A stretch of DNA of 64,000 nucleotides from an uncultured Phycisphaerales bacterium (GCA_963758525.1 CAVWVQ010000005.1:64001-128000), one strand, 5' to 3'. Counted from the stretch's first letter, positions 9,688 to 19,546 are shown. Translations and numbers: made by a program. The notes: generated by a model not told the origin, from the sequence alone.

Positions 9688-11406
9688 GTGGATTTATTGT
9701 TGGATCGCAACCGGATAAAAGTTCTCGTTCTTTCCGGCCAATCAAAGGGCAACGCGGAGGCTGTACGATGCCTTTGCGATGCGTGCGACGTTGTCCAGGC
9801 GTCCACCATGGACGAAGCGATTGAATTGCTTCGTCACGATCATTTCAGTGCCGTCTTCTCGGACTCCGACGATTTTCTTCCCCTCGAGCGCGCCCTGGTA
9901 TCCCAGCAGGCGAACCTCGTGCTGAACACCATCGGCGAAGGGGTCTGCATCGTTGACGGCGAGGGACGCTGCAACTGGATGAACAAGAAGATGGCGGCGT
10001 GGCCCGCGCGGGTCCACGAAAAAATCCGCCGCACGTGCCAGGAGGCATTTGAACTTTTCAGCAGACAGGTCTCCCCGCAAACCGCCGACACTCCCGCCGC
10101 CTTCAACCGCTCAAAACGTTACGCACTCAATATCGAAGATCAGCAGTTCATGGAGATGATCGCCTCGCCGGTAATCAACCCTGCTGGGCAGGTGGTGCAG
10201 GTGGTTTCAGTCGTCTGGGACGCCACGGGGACGCGCCGCCTGCAGCAGAAGATCGACGCGATCGACAAGGCCGGTCGCGAGCTCGTGAAGCTCGAAGGTG
10301 AAGCCCTGAGCAAGATGAGCGTCGGCGATCGTCTCAAACTGCTGGAAGACAAAATCATCAGTTACACCCGCGATCTGATGCACTTCGATCATTTCGTGAT
10401 CCGCCTTCTCGATCGGCGCAGCAAGAAACTGGAACTGGTCATCAGTGCCGGCCTGCCGAACGACGCGCTCAACATCGATCTTTTTGCCGAAGGCGAGGGG
10501 AATGGAATCAGCGGCTACGTCTCCGCGACCGGGCGAAGCTACATCTGCCCCGACGTGGAGCGCGACCCGCGTTACGTCACCGGGCTCGATCAGGCCAAGA
10601 GCAGCCTGACCGTTCCCCTGCACCTGCACGACCGCGTGATCGGGATATTCAATATCGAAAGCCGCCAGCGGGCCGCGTTCAACGAAGACGACCGGCAGTT
10701 TGCCGAAATCTTCGGCCGCTACGTCGCGATTGCGCTGAACATTCTCGACCTGATGATCGTCGAGCGCGTGCAGACGAGTCACAAGGTCGCCGACGACGTG
10801 TGCGCGGAAATCGCCGGTCCGTTGAACGACATCGGTTCCGACGCCAGCGCCCTGATGGGCGATTACATCGGGCAGGACGACCTGCGCGGCAAGCTTCAGC
10901 AGATCCTGGACAACGTCGGGACGATTCGCAACTTTCTCAAGCAGACCGCCGAGGGCCCCAACACCGCGGTGCTCGGCGCTTCCAACGTCAAGGACGAAGC
11001 CGATCCATTGCTGGCCGGCGCAAGCGTGCTGGTCGCCGACGACGAGCCGAACATCCGGCTGACCATCAGCGACGTGCTCCGCAAGTACCACGTCAATGTC
11101 ACGGTGGCGGCCAACGGCAGTGAGGCGATCGCGCTGCTGGAGAAAAACGAATACGAGCTGGTGCTCAGCGATATTAAAATGCCCGACAAGACCGGGTACG
11201 AAGTATTCGCAACCGTGCGGCGTCATCACCGGACCACGCCGGTCATTCTCATGACCGGGTTCGGCTATGATCCCAATCACTCCATCGTCCGCGCCAGCCA
11301 GGAAGGGTTGCAGGCGGTCCTGTTCAAGCCATTCAAAGTGAATCAGCTCATCGCGGAAGTCCGAAAAGCCCTGCAGTCGCGCCGGCAGCCCCAACCGGTT
11401 TCGTGA
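9688..11406 (+). CDS. PAS-GAF-receiver signalling protein with degenerate HisKA and N-terminal REC
   Basis: LNTIGEGVCIVD (PAS), YICPDVERDPRY...SSLTVPL (GAF), C-terminal VADDE..SDIKMP..MTG..KPF (REC); start uncertain (9682/9688). Confidence 0.85.
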   Translation: MDLLLDRNRIKVLVLSGQSKGNAEAVRCLCDACDVVQASTMDEAIELLRHDHFSAVFSDSDDFLPLERALVSQQANLVLNTIGEGVCIVDGEGRCNWMNKKMAAWPARVHEKIRRTCQEAFELFSRQVSPQTADTPAAFNRSKRYALNIEDQQFMEMIASPVINPAGQVVQVVSVVWDATGTRRLQQKIDAIDKAGRELVKLEGEALSKMSVGDRLKLLEDKIISYTRDLMHFDHFVIRLLDRRSKKLELVISAGLPNDALNIDLFAEGEGNGISGYVSATGRSYICPDVERDPRYVTGLDQAKSSLTVPLHLHDRVIGIFNIESRQRAAFNEDDRQFAEIFGRYVAIALNILDLMIVERVQTSHKVADDVCAEIAGPLNDIGSDASALMGDYIGQDDLRGKLQQILDNVGTIRNFLKQTAEGPNTAVLGASNVKDEADPLLAGASVLVADDEPNIRLTISDVLRKYHVNVTVAANGSEAIALLEKNEYELVLSDIKMPDKTGYEVFATVRRHHRTTPVILMTGFGYDPNHSIVRASQEGLQAVLFKPFKVNQLIAEVRKALQSRRQPQPVS

Positions 11407-11582
11407 ACTCCGACCGCCGAGGCCCCAAAGCCGCCGGCTCTGCCGGCGGGATTGACTCCGCTTTCCGCGCGTTGCCGGGCGAAACAGCAAAATTCCCGCC
11501 GGCGGAGCCGGCGGCTTTGGAGCGGCGCGAATCTGCAACACGGGGCGCCTCCGGGATCTGTCAACGAAGCGATCAATTGAAC

Positions 11583-13891
11583 ATGAGCGACGCAAATCAG
11601 CGGGCCAATCGTCTTTCAGCCGAGTCCTCTCCGTACCTGCGCCAGCACCAGTACAATCCGGTGGACTGGTACGCGTGGGGCTCCGAAGCCTTCGAGGCGG
11701 CGCAACGACTTCGCCGGCCCATCTTTCTCTCCGTCGGCTACAGCACGTGCTACTGGTGCCACGTCATGGAGCGGCAGTGCTTCGAGAGCCCGCAAATCGC
11801 CGCCGAGATGAATCAGCGGTTCATCAGCATCAAGGTCGATCGTGAGGAACGCCCCGACGTCGATCAGCTCTACATGACCGCGGTGCAGCTTCTGACGCGT
11901 CAGGGCGGCTGGCCGATGAGCGTCTTTCTGACGCCCGATCTGCGTCCGTTTTATGGCGGCACGTATTTCCCTCCGACCGATCAATACGGTCGGCCCGGAT
12001 TTCCCACGCTGCTGGCGGCGCTCGATAACGCCTGGCAGACGCGCCCGGCGGACATCAATGCCACCGGCGACCAGCTCGTCGGCACGCTGCGCCGGCTTGC
12101 GGCGCCGATGCTCCCCGATCGGGCAATGTCGATCGATGACAACTTCATCGGCGCTTTGATTGACCGTTCCATCTCCGATTACGACCCGAAACATGGCGGC
12201 TTCGGAGGCGCTCCGAAATTTCCCAGGCAGACACTCCTCGAATTGCTGCTCGCATATAGCGCGCCGGAACGAAAATCGTCGCCGCGCGCGACAAAGTGCG
12301 GGCAATGGTTCTCCGCACGCTGGACGCCCTCGACCGCGGCGGCATTCACGATCATCTCGGCGGCGGATTCCACCGCTATTCGACCGACGCCCAATGGCTC
12401 GTGCCGCATTTTGAGATCATGCTGTACGACAACGCCATGCTCGCATGGTGTTATGTCGAAGCCTTCCGGCAGACGCGCGATGTTCGATGGGCCAGCGTGG
12501 CGCGGGGAATTTTCGATTTTGTGTTGCGTGAGATGACCTCGCCCGACGGCGCGTTTTACACCGCGTTCGACGCGGAAGTCGATGCGATGGAAGGAGCATC
12601 GTATCTCTGGACGCGCGATGAAGTGCTCGAGGTTCTTCGAGAAGCGCCGGGTACCAGTGGCGGGGGGATTCAACGAAATCTCTTCTGCAAAGTCTACGGG
12701 CTGGACGACGGTCCGAATTTCGCCGATCCGCATCACGGCAACGGCACACCGGACAAAAATATCCTCTTTCTGCCGCGGCCGCCGGAAGCAGTCGCGTCCG
12801 AGCTGAAGCTGGACGCCGAAGCGCTTTCCGCGCAGTTGGCGCAGTGCGCAGCGCGTTGCTGGGCGCTCGCGCCTCTCGCAAGCAACCGCTCCTCGACACC
12901 AAGATTCTCACCAGTTGGAACGCCTTGATGATCAGGGCTCTGGCGCACGGCGGCCAGGTTCTCGGGCAACCGGAATACACTGCTGCCGCGGAGCGCGCCG
13001 CGACCTTTCTGCTGCATCGGCACGCCAGCGCCGATGGCGGCCTTGCCCGAACCAGCGGCGGTGTTGCGACCGCGTCCCCGGCGACTTGTCCGCCGATCGC
13101 AGGCTTTCTCGACGACTATGCCTTCCTCGCCCAGGCACTGCTCGCCCTTGGAGGAACCGACTGGCGCATCGCCGCCAATCGCATCATTGGCCAAATGATT
13201 GATCGCTTTGGCGATCCGGATTCGGTTGGTGGTTTCTTTTTCACCGACGCTTCGGCCACAGAATTGCTCGTCCGCCAGAAAACCGGTGCAGACAGCCCGA
13301 TTTCCAGCGGCAACAGCGTCGCCGCGCTGGTTCTTCTCGCCACCGGTCGAAGTGATTCCGCGCGGCAGACGCTTATCGCTTTTGCCGAGGCGATGAACGC
13401 GCAGGGCGAGGGCATGAGCACGATGATCAACGCCGCGATGAGATTCGTCGACGAGTTCGGGCCCATCGCCGTGGCAGCGTCCGCGGATACTGATCCGGCA
13501 AACCGTCCTGCTTCGCCGCAGGCCGTCGCGGAGGATGTCGTTCACATCGGCGTAACGCAGACCAGCGGATTCGGACTGGACGTGGAACTGATGATCCGGC
13601 CCGGCTGGCATCTCAATGCTCACGACGTCTCGGGCCCGGTGCCGCTGGTGGCCACGACCGTCACTGTCGAGGGAGGCGCAAGCATCGATCAAATATCCGC
13701 CGGGGGAGGAACGTACCTTCGAGTTCACGGACAAGCCCCTGTTGGTATACAGCGGGCGGCTCGTGATCGGCGTGCAATTCGCGGGCGAGCTTCGATCGGG
13801 CGCGCTCCCGAATTTGACGGTTTCCTACCAGGCATGCGACGACTCCACGTGCCTGCCGCCGGTAAAGAAGCGGATCGTGCTCAATGGCTGA
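11583..13891 (+). CDS. YyaL/DUF255 thioredoxin-domain protein with C-terminal DsbD-N-like domain; three frameshifts
   Basis: NRL..ESSPYLRQH, CYWCHVME, KVDREERPD, GGGFHRYSTD, LDDYA and terminal YQACDDSTCLPP across four ORF segments. Confidence 0.88.
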
Positions 13892-14855
13892 GGCAGACCC
13901 ACAGTTGATGCAATGCATGGAAGTCTGGGGCGGCAACCAGCCCGTCGACAGCGCTGTCACCATGGCGGGGCTGGACGCGTGGGTCTTCTCCAAGCCTTAT
14001 GGAGACGCGGCGGGCGGCGGGGATGTCTACTACGTTTCTTCCTGTGCCACGGGCCGCATCACGCGACTTCTGGTTGCCGATGTCGCGGGACACGGGACCA
14101 CCGTCGGCGAGCTTGCGGTGGTGTTGCGCGGACTGATGCGACGCTATGTCAATCAACTCGACCAGACTCGCTTCGTTCGCCTGATGAACAACCAATTCAC
14201 CATGCTCTCCAAGAGCGGCGTCTTCGCCACCGCGGTGGTGACGACTTTCTTCGCCAGCAACAACCATCTGTCGCTCTGCAATGCCGGGCATCCGCCGCCG
14301 ATGATGTACATCGCCGCGACCCGGCGATGGGATTTTCTGCAGCGCGCCCGCACCGACGGCTCCGTGCCAAGCGATCTGCCGCTGGGCATTGAGGACATCT
14401 TCGATTACACCGAGTTTGAAGTGGGACTTCGCAAAGGGGACATGGTGCTCTGCTATACCGATTCGCTGATCGAAGCCCGCTTCCCCACCGGCGAATTGCT
14501 TGGAACGGCCGGATTGCTGGAGATCGTTCAGTCACTCAATGTCTCTCACCCGCAAACGTTCATCGCGTCGCTGCTTGCCGCAATCATCGCCCGAACAGGC
14601 GATCTCGGGCTGGCTGCCGACGACATCACCGCGCTGCTCTTCCGAGCCAAGGCGGACCATGCGCGGACCAGCTTCCTCATGCGGCTGGGCGCCCCATTCC
14701 GGCTTCTCGGCGCGATCGTCCGCCGGCCCTTCCCCGGCAGCGAGCCAATTCCCTGGCCGGAGCTGAGCCTCCCTAACATGGGCGGCGCGATTTTCCATCC
14801 ACTGGGAAATCTCTGGGGCAAACGCGTCGCCAGGCGTTCAGCCAAAGCCAGCTGA
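13884..14855 (+). CDS. PP2C/SpoIIE-family Ser/Thr phosphatase
   Basis: GGDVY, VADVAGHG, CNAGHPPP, YTDSLIEA, DDIT. Confidence 0.9.
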   Translation: MAEADPQLMQCMEVWGGNQPVDSAVTMAGLDAWVFSKPYGDAAGGGDVYYVSSCATGRITRLLVADVAGHGTTVGELAVVLRGLMRRYVNQLDQTRFVRLMNNQFTMLSKSGVFATAVVTTFFASNNHLSLCNAGHPPPMMYIAATRRWDFLQRARTDGSVPSDLPLGIEDIFDYTEFEVGLRKGDMVLCYTDSLIEARFPTGELLGTAGLLEIVQSLNVSHPQTFIASLLAAIIARTGDLGLAADDITALLFRAKADHARTSFLMRLGAPFRLLGAIVRRPFPGSEPIPWPELSLPNMGGAIFHPLGNLWGKRVARRSAKAS

Positions 14856-15067
14856 CGGCGCGACGGAATCTGTTTCCCCAGATTCACAAACACCGCCCGA
14901 CCGCCATCCCGCACGCAGCGCATCATCGGCACAGATACTCCACTCTCGCACAGCCATTCGGTTGCGACGGCAACGATCTATGCTGAGCGGGACGCTCGCA
15001 ACGAAAGTAATGGTAGAGTTGGCGGTACATGGACGGACGCAAACGTCGTAAGCGCCAGGAGGCGCCA

Positions 15068-15367
15068 ATGATCGAAACTCAGAGAAAATTCATTTTCCAG
15101 GCCGAACGTTTTTCCCACCAGGACGCCGAGCGAATCTACCGTGAGGCTCTGAAAAAGCTGCGCGCACGGCTGATCGTCATCGATCTCGGAAAGGCCAAGG
15201 AAGCGACCACCAGCGCCTTCGCGCGGCTCGTGCTGCTCCGCAAAGCGCTCATCAAGGTCGGCAGCGACTTGCAGCTCATCGGACTTCGTGGAAAAGCAGC
15301 GCTCCTCTATGAGGTGAACCGGCTCGCAGCGGTGCTGCCGAGCGGGCCATCGGTGACCCGGGAATGA
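15068..15367 (+). CDS. STAS-like (anti-anti-sigma) protein
   Basis: AGGAGG RBS; LIVIDL...SAFARLVLLRKAL...LQLIGL...YEVNRL pattern. Confidence 0.65.
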   Translation: MIETQRKFIFQAERFSHQDAERIYREALKKLRARLIVIDLGKAKEATTSAFARLVLLRKALIKVGSDLQLIGLRGKAALLYEVNRLAAVLPSGPSVTRE

Positions 15368-15462
15368 CGAACGCGAAAGCAGAATCAGCTTAAAGATGCG
15401 CCATGCCGGGCAGCACCTTCGGCTCCCCGACGCTCGCAGCCGCCACCGCAGGGGCGCTCGAC

Positions 15463-16968
15463 CTAGAACTTTCGATCCAGCAGCCGATATTGCACCGCCT
15501 CGGCAAGATGCGTTTCCCCGATCGGGTCGCTCCCGTCCATGTCCGCGATCGTCCGCGCCACGCGCCGAACTTTGTCGTAGGCACGGGCGCTCAGCCCCAT
15601 TTCATCCATCGCCTGCTTCATGAGGAGCAGGCAAGAATCCGTTAAATCGCAATACGTTCGAAGCTGTTTGCTGTCCATCCTGGCGTTCGATGACTGGCCC
15701 TTGAACCGCTCGTTCTGCGCCGCCCGCGCCCGCAGCACCTGCTCCCGCATCGCTCCGCTGGTCGTCCCTGCATGACGCCCGGTCAGCTCGCGGTACGGAA
15801 CCGCCGGCACCTCCACGTGAATGTCGATGCGGTCCAGCAACGGCCCGCTGAGCTTCGCCAGATATTTGTCCCGCCCGCGCGTGGTTCCCTCGGCCGCATA
15901 CCCGCTGTGCGTCGGGTTCATCGCCGCAACCAGCATGAACTTGGCGGGAAACTTCACCGACCCATGCACCCGCGCCACGGTCACTTCGCCTCCCTCGAGC
16001 GGCTGGCGCAGCGTCTCCAGCACATGCCGGCTGAATTCGGGAAGCTCATCGAGAAACAAGATGCCATGATGCGCCAGCGACACCTCGCCCGGCCGGGGGA
16101 TCGTGCCGCCGCCGACAAGTGCTTGCGCGGTCGCGGAATGGTGGGGCGTCCGAACCGGCCTTTCGTCCATCAATGCGATCCCGTCGGGCAGCAGTCCCAT
16201 TGCGGAATAAATGCGCGTCGTCTCCAGCGATTCGGTCCGCGACAACGGCGGAAGAATGCCGGGAATCCTTGCCGCAAGCATCGTCTTTCCGGTGCCCGGC
16301 GGCCCGACCATCAAAATGTTGTGTGATCCCGCGCACGCGATGGTAATCGCGCGTTTCACCGCTTCCTGCCCGCGCACTTCGCCAAAATCGAGCGACGGGG
16401 CGACGGCCAACGCGCGATACACTTCCCCGTCCAGTTCAAACGGTTCCAACTGCAGTTGCTCGTTCAGAAACGCCACTGCCTGCGCGAGGGTGCTGACGGG
16501 ATACACTTCGATTCCCTCGACGACCGCCGCTTCACGGCCGTTGTCTTCCGGCAGAATTACGCCCCGAAACTTCTTCTCCTTGGCGAGCAGCGCCAGCGAC
16601 AGCGCCCCTTTGATCTTCCGCACCCGGCCATCCAGCGCCAGTTCGCCGGCAATGAGAAACTCCCGATGCCGATCGCCCACAATCGAATTGCTCGCCCGCA
16701 GCACGCCGATCGCGATCGGCAGATCGAGCGCCGGCGCCTCTTTCTTCACATCCGCCGGCGCCAGGTTGACGAGCAGGGCGTGCTGAGGGAACGGATAGCC
16801 GCCATTGATGATCGCGCGCCGAACGCGTTCGATGCTTTCCTTCACCGCCGTCTGGGCCAGGCCGACAATCGTCGTTTTCTCAAGTCCCCTCTGGCTGACG
16901 TCCACCTCGACTTCGCAGAGCAACGCGTCGATGCCGTTGAGAATGAAGGAGTGGATGCGCGAGAGCAC
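15463..16968 (-). CDS. comM: ComM/YifB Mg-chelatase-like AAA ATPase
   Basis: VNLAPADVKKE, GELALDG, GPPGTGKT, GEVSLAHHGILFLDELPEF, SGPLLDRIDI. Confidence 0.95.
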   Translation of the reverse strand: MLSRIHSFILNGIDALLCEVEVDVSQRGLEKTTIVGLAQTAVKESIERVRRAIINGGYPFPQHALLVNLAPADVKKEAPALDLPIAIGVLRASNSIVGDRHREFLIAGELALDGRVRKIKGALSLALLAKEKKFRGVILPEDNGREAAVVEGIEVYPVSTLAQAVAFLNEQLQLEPFELDGEVYRALAVAPSLDFGEVRGQEAVKRAITIACAGSHNILMVGPPGTGKTMLAARIPGILPPLSRTESLETTRIYSAMGLLPDGIALMDERPVRTPHHSATAQALVGGGTIPRPGEVSLAHHGILFLDELPEFSRHVLETLRQPLEGGEVTVARVHGSVKFPAKFMLVAAMNPTHSGYAAEGTTRGRDKYLAKLSGPLLDRIDIHVEVPAVPYRELTGRHAGTTSGAMREQVLRARAAQNERFKGQSSNARMDSKQLRTYCDLTDSCLLLMKQAMDEMGLSARAYDKVRRVARTIADMDGSDPIGETHLAEAVQYRLLDRKF

Positions 16969-17060
16969 GGGGAGAGTGTAACGTGCGGTGATCGGCGTGA
17001 CGACACATTTGGAGGGTCCGCGCTTTCGAAGGGCGTGGCCGAATTTCCCGGGCAACACAA

Positions 17061-17084
17061 TGTGGTGCGGGCTTCCAGCCTGCA
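17061..17084 (+). repeat. GTGG-type REP (outer left arm of RAYT locus)
   Basis: TGTGG-TGCGGGC-TTCCA-GCCTGCA; exact reverse complement at 18346-18369. Confidence 0.85.
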
Positions 17085-17267
17085 ATTCAGCCGTGCAAAC
17101 GCAGATCGCTTCTTCCCCCCGGGAAATGCGCCCACGCTGCCGTCTAGATAACGGATCGATCTAGCTCGGTCCTCATTGAGACGGAGAACGGCACGGACCT
17201 GAATTTATGGAGGCACGTGGAAGGGCGCGATGGGCTTCCATCGAGTTGGAATACCGCCGCGCCGAGT

Positions 17268-17631
17268 GGTCCGCACGGCGGCGAGGCGAGCCATTCGCAA
17301 AAGAAGCATCATTCGCGCCGCCGAGCGGACCCTACGCAATCCGAAACTGCGCGAGGGAGCGCGGTAGGGTCCGCTGAAGAGCCGCGGGAAAACGTTTTCG
17401 ACGCGCGTGGGCGTCAAAGGCTCTTCTGCGGACCTTTCCCTGATTTGAGTTAGCCGATTGGTCCGCACGGCGGCGAGGCGAGCCATTCGCAAAAGAAGCA
17501 TCGTTCGCGCCGCCGAGCGGACCCTACGCGATCCGAAACTGCGCGAGGGAGCGCGGTAGGGTCCGCTGAAGAGCCGCGGGGGACGTCTGTCGACGCGAGT
17601 GGGCATGGTTGGCTCTTCTGCGGACCTTTCC
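17268..17631. repeat. Two tandem ~192-bp units, each with two long GTAG REPs (A on -, B on +)
   Basis: A1 17268-17335, B1 17364-17434, A2 17460-17527, B2 17556-17626; all GTAG-GGTCCGC-T...T-GCGGACC. Confidence 0.9.
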
Positions 17632-17660
17632 CCGGTGCGCGCACTGGATATGATGCGCAG

Positions 17661-18236
17661 ATGCCGGAATATCGTCGGGCATACGTTCCCGGGGGAACAT
17701 TTTTCTTTACGCTCGTTACTTACCAACGCGCGCCGTTTCTTTGTGATTCGGGTGCGCGGGAATTGTTGCGGGAATGCATCACCGCGTGCCGTCGGAAGCA
17801 CCCATTTGTGATCGAGGCGATGGTGTTGTTGCCGGATCATCTTCACGCAATCTGGACGTTGCCGGAGGGAGATGCCGATTTCTCAACGCGATTCGCGGTG
17901 CTGAAGAAAAGCTTCACGGAGCGGTGGCTGCGGGTGGGAGGGCGGGAGGGAGCCGTCTCAAATTCACGGCGGAAGAATCGCCGTCGTGGCGTCTGGCAAC
18001 GCCGGTTTTGGGAACATGCGATCCGCGACCAGGAGGATTTCAATAATCATCTCGACTACGTGCATTACAATCCGGTGAAGCATGATGTGGCGAGTTGTCC
18101 GCACGCCTGGCCGTATTCCACATTTCGGCGATTGATGAAGAGGGGGATGTACGAGCGAGACTGGTGCTGCGGTTGCGACGGTCGTGTAGTGAAGCCGCCC
18201 GAGTTCGAATGGATCGGCGCGACGGCGATAGAGTGA
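17661..18236 (+). CDS. rayT: REP-associated tyrosine transposase (RAYT, HUH Y1 family)
   Basis: MPEYRR...GGTFFFTLVT, VLLPDHLH (HUH), WQRRFWEH, DYVHYNPVKH; flanked by GTAG REPs. Confidence 0.93.
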   Translation: MPEYRRAYVPGGTFFFTLVTYQRAPFLCDSGARELLRECITACRRKHPFVIEAMVLLPDHLHAIWTLPEGDADFSTRFAVLKKSFTERWLRVGGREGAVSNSRRKNRRRGVWQRRFWEHAIRDQEDFNNHLDYVHYNPVKHDVASCPHAWPYSTFRRLMKRGMYERDWCCGCDGRVVKPPEFEWIGATAIE

Positions 18237-18259
18237 AGTTTGCGAGTGCTCGCGCCGAT

Positions 18260-18326
18260 GGTCCGCACGGCGGCGAGGCAAGCCGATTGCAAAGATGCGT
18301 CATCCGCGCCGCCGAGCGGACCCTAC
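18260..18326 (-). repeat. Long GTAG REP type A (copy 3) downstream of RAYT
   Basis: - strand GTAG-GGTCCGC-T-CGGCGGCG...CGCCGCCG-T-GCGGACC. Confidence 0.88.
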
Positions 18327-18345
18327 GATACTGCTCCGTAAAGAG

Positions 18346-18369
18346 TGCAGGCTGGAAGCCCGCACCACA
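18346..18369 (-). repeat. GTGG-type REP (outer right arm of RAYT locus)
   Basis: TGCAGGCTGGAAGCCCGCACCACA, the exact inverse of 17061-17084. Confidence 0.85.
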
Positions 18370-18406
18370 ATCAGATAACAATGCGCCCGCAGATTGTGCA
18401 CACCCG

Positions 18407-19183
18407 ATGCAACTGACGACAACGCAAATTGACTATCTGTTCAAACAAGGCTTCCTGCATCTGAAAGGAGTCATTCCGCCGGAGCTTCTGTCAGCAGCCC
18501 TTCGAGCGATCAACAGCGATCTTGGCAGGGGCCTCGCTCCGGATGACATACCGACATTCGCGGCCACGTCGTACTGCCCGGCGCTGCGAGGCTCGCCATG
18601 CATTACCGATCTGTTCAATAGCTCGGCTGTCTTTTCCCTTGCAGAGTCTCTTCTTGGGGTCGGAAATGTCCCTCCCGCAACCTGGGCGCAGATCGCGTTG
18701 CGCTTCCCCGAGGCGTCGCCATACGATGTGCCGCCGGCGCCGCATCTCGACGGCATGCCCACGAGCCACAACGGCGTTCCCAGCGGCACGCTGGCGACAT
18801 TCACCTGTCTCGTCGGCGTCTTTCTGAACGACTGCGAGACGCAAACCGCCGGCAACTTAATCGTTTGGCCCGGTACCCATCGCCTCTATCAGAAACACTT
18901 CCAGGAGCATGGGCCGCAATCGCTGTTCAATGGAATGCCGCCGGTCGAGTTGCCCTCGCCGGTGACGCTGGTCCCACGCGCGGGAGACGTTGTTTTTGTA
19001 CATCACTTGGTCGGTCATTCCGTTGCCGCGAATCTATCTCCGCACATTCGGTACGCCTGCTACTTTCGATTGTCACATGTGAACCACGAAGCGGAGAAAT
19101 GGCTGGCGATGACAGATATCTGGCGCCATTGGCCGGGAGTTCGCGACCGCCTCCCGTCGGAGGCACGCGCGGCGCAAGGCTGA
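18407..19183 (+). CDS. Phytanoyl-CoA dioxygenase (PhyH)-family Fe(II)/2OG oxygenase
   Basis: QIDYLFKQGFL, PHLDG (HxD), GNLIVWPGTH, AGDVVFVH..VGHS. Confidence 0.85.
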   Translation: MQLTTTQIDYLFKQGFLHLKGVIPPELLSAALRAINSDLGRGLAPDDIPTFAATSYCPALRGSPCITDLFNSSAVFSLAESLLGVGNVPPATWAQIALRFPEASPYDVPPAPHLDGMPTSHNGVPSGTLATFTCLVGVFLNDCETQTAGNLIVWPGTHRLYQKHFQEHGPQSLFNGMPPVELPSPVTLVPRAGDVVFVHHLVGHSVAANLSPHIRYACYFRLSHVNHEAEKWLAMTDIWRHWPGVRDRLPSEARAAQG

Positions 19184-19546
19184 TTTCCCCGCGACCCGGT
19201 AGCGTTGCCGGTCATCGAAAACTCCCTGTCGTCGATCATCCAAATGCGTGCGCAGCACTCCGAATTCTTTAGTTAGCCCTCTCGCTCGCAAGGCTTGTCG
19301 AGCAGCACAATTGCTCCGAGTGTCGTCGCCCGTACACATGGCTCACTACCAGCGGGCAAGTCCTCGCGAGCGAGGCATCGAAAGCCGAAGCGCGGACTGA
19401 ATTTGATCGCATACGCCGCCGACCGCCTGCCGGCCGAGCTATAATCAGGCAGCGTCTTTGGCCAGACATTGGCATTGCGCGGAGACGGTCTCCAGTACAA
19501 TATCTTTCGCCAGTGCGTGCCAAGGGCGTGGCGAAAGGAGTTTGTC

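Noticed and set aside
10207..11595. 462-aa minus-strand ORF
   Set aside because: Antisense shadow of the PAS-GAF-REC gene, typical of high-GC codon bias
17267..17631. CRISPR array
   Set aside because: Only two 192-bp units, made of GTAG palindromes next to a RAYT; no unique spacers of constant length and no cas genes
17205..17846. 213-aa ORF with internal peptide repeat
   Set aside because: Translation of the REP tandem array, antisense to RAYT
17661..18236. IS200/IS605 element with TnpB or IscB
   Set aside because: Motifs and REP flanks fit RAYT; there is no RuvC ORF nearby
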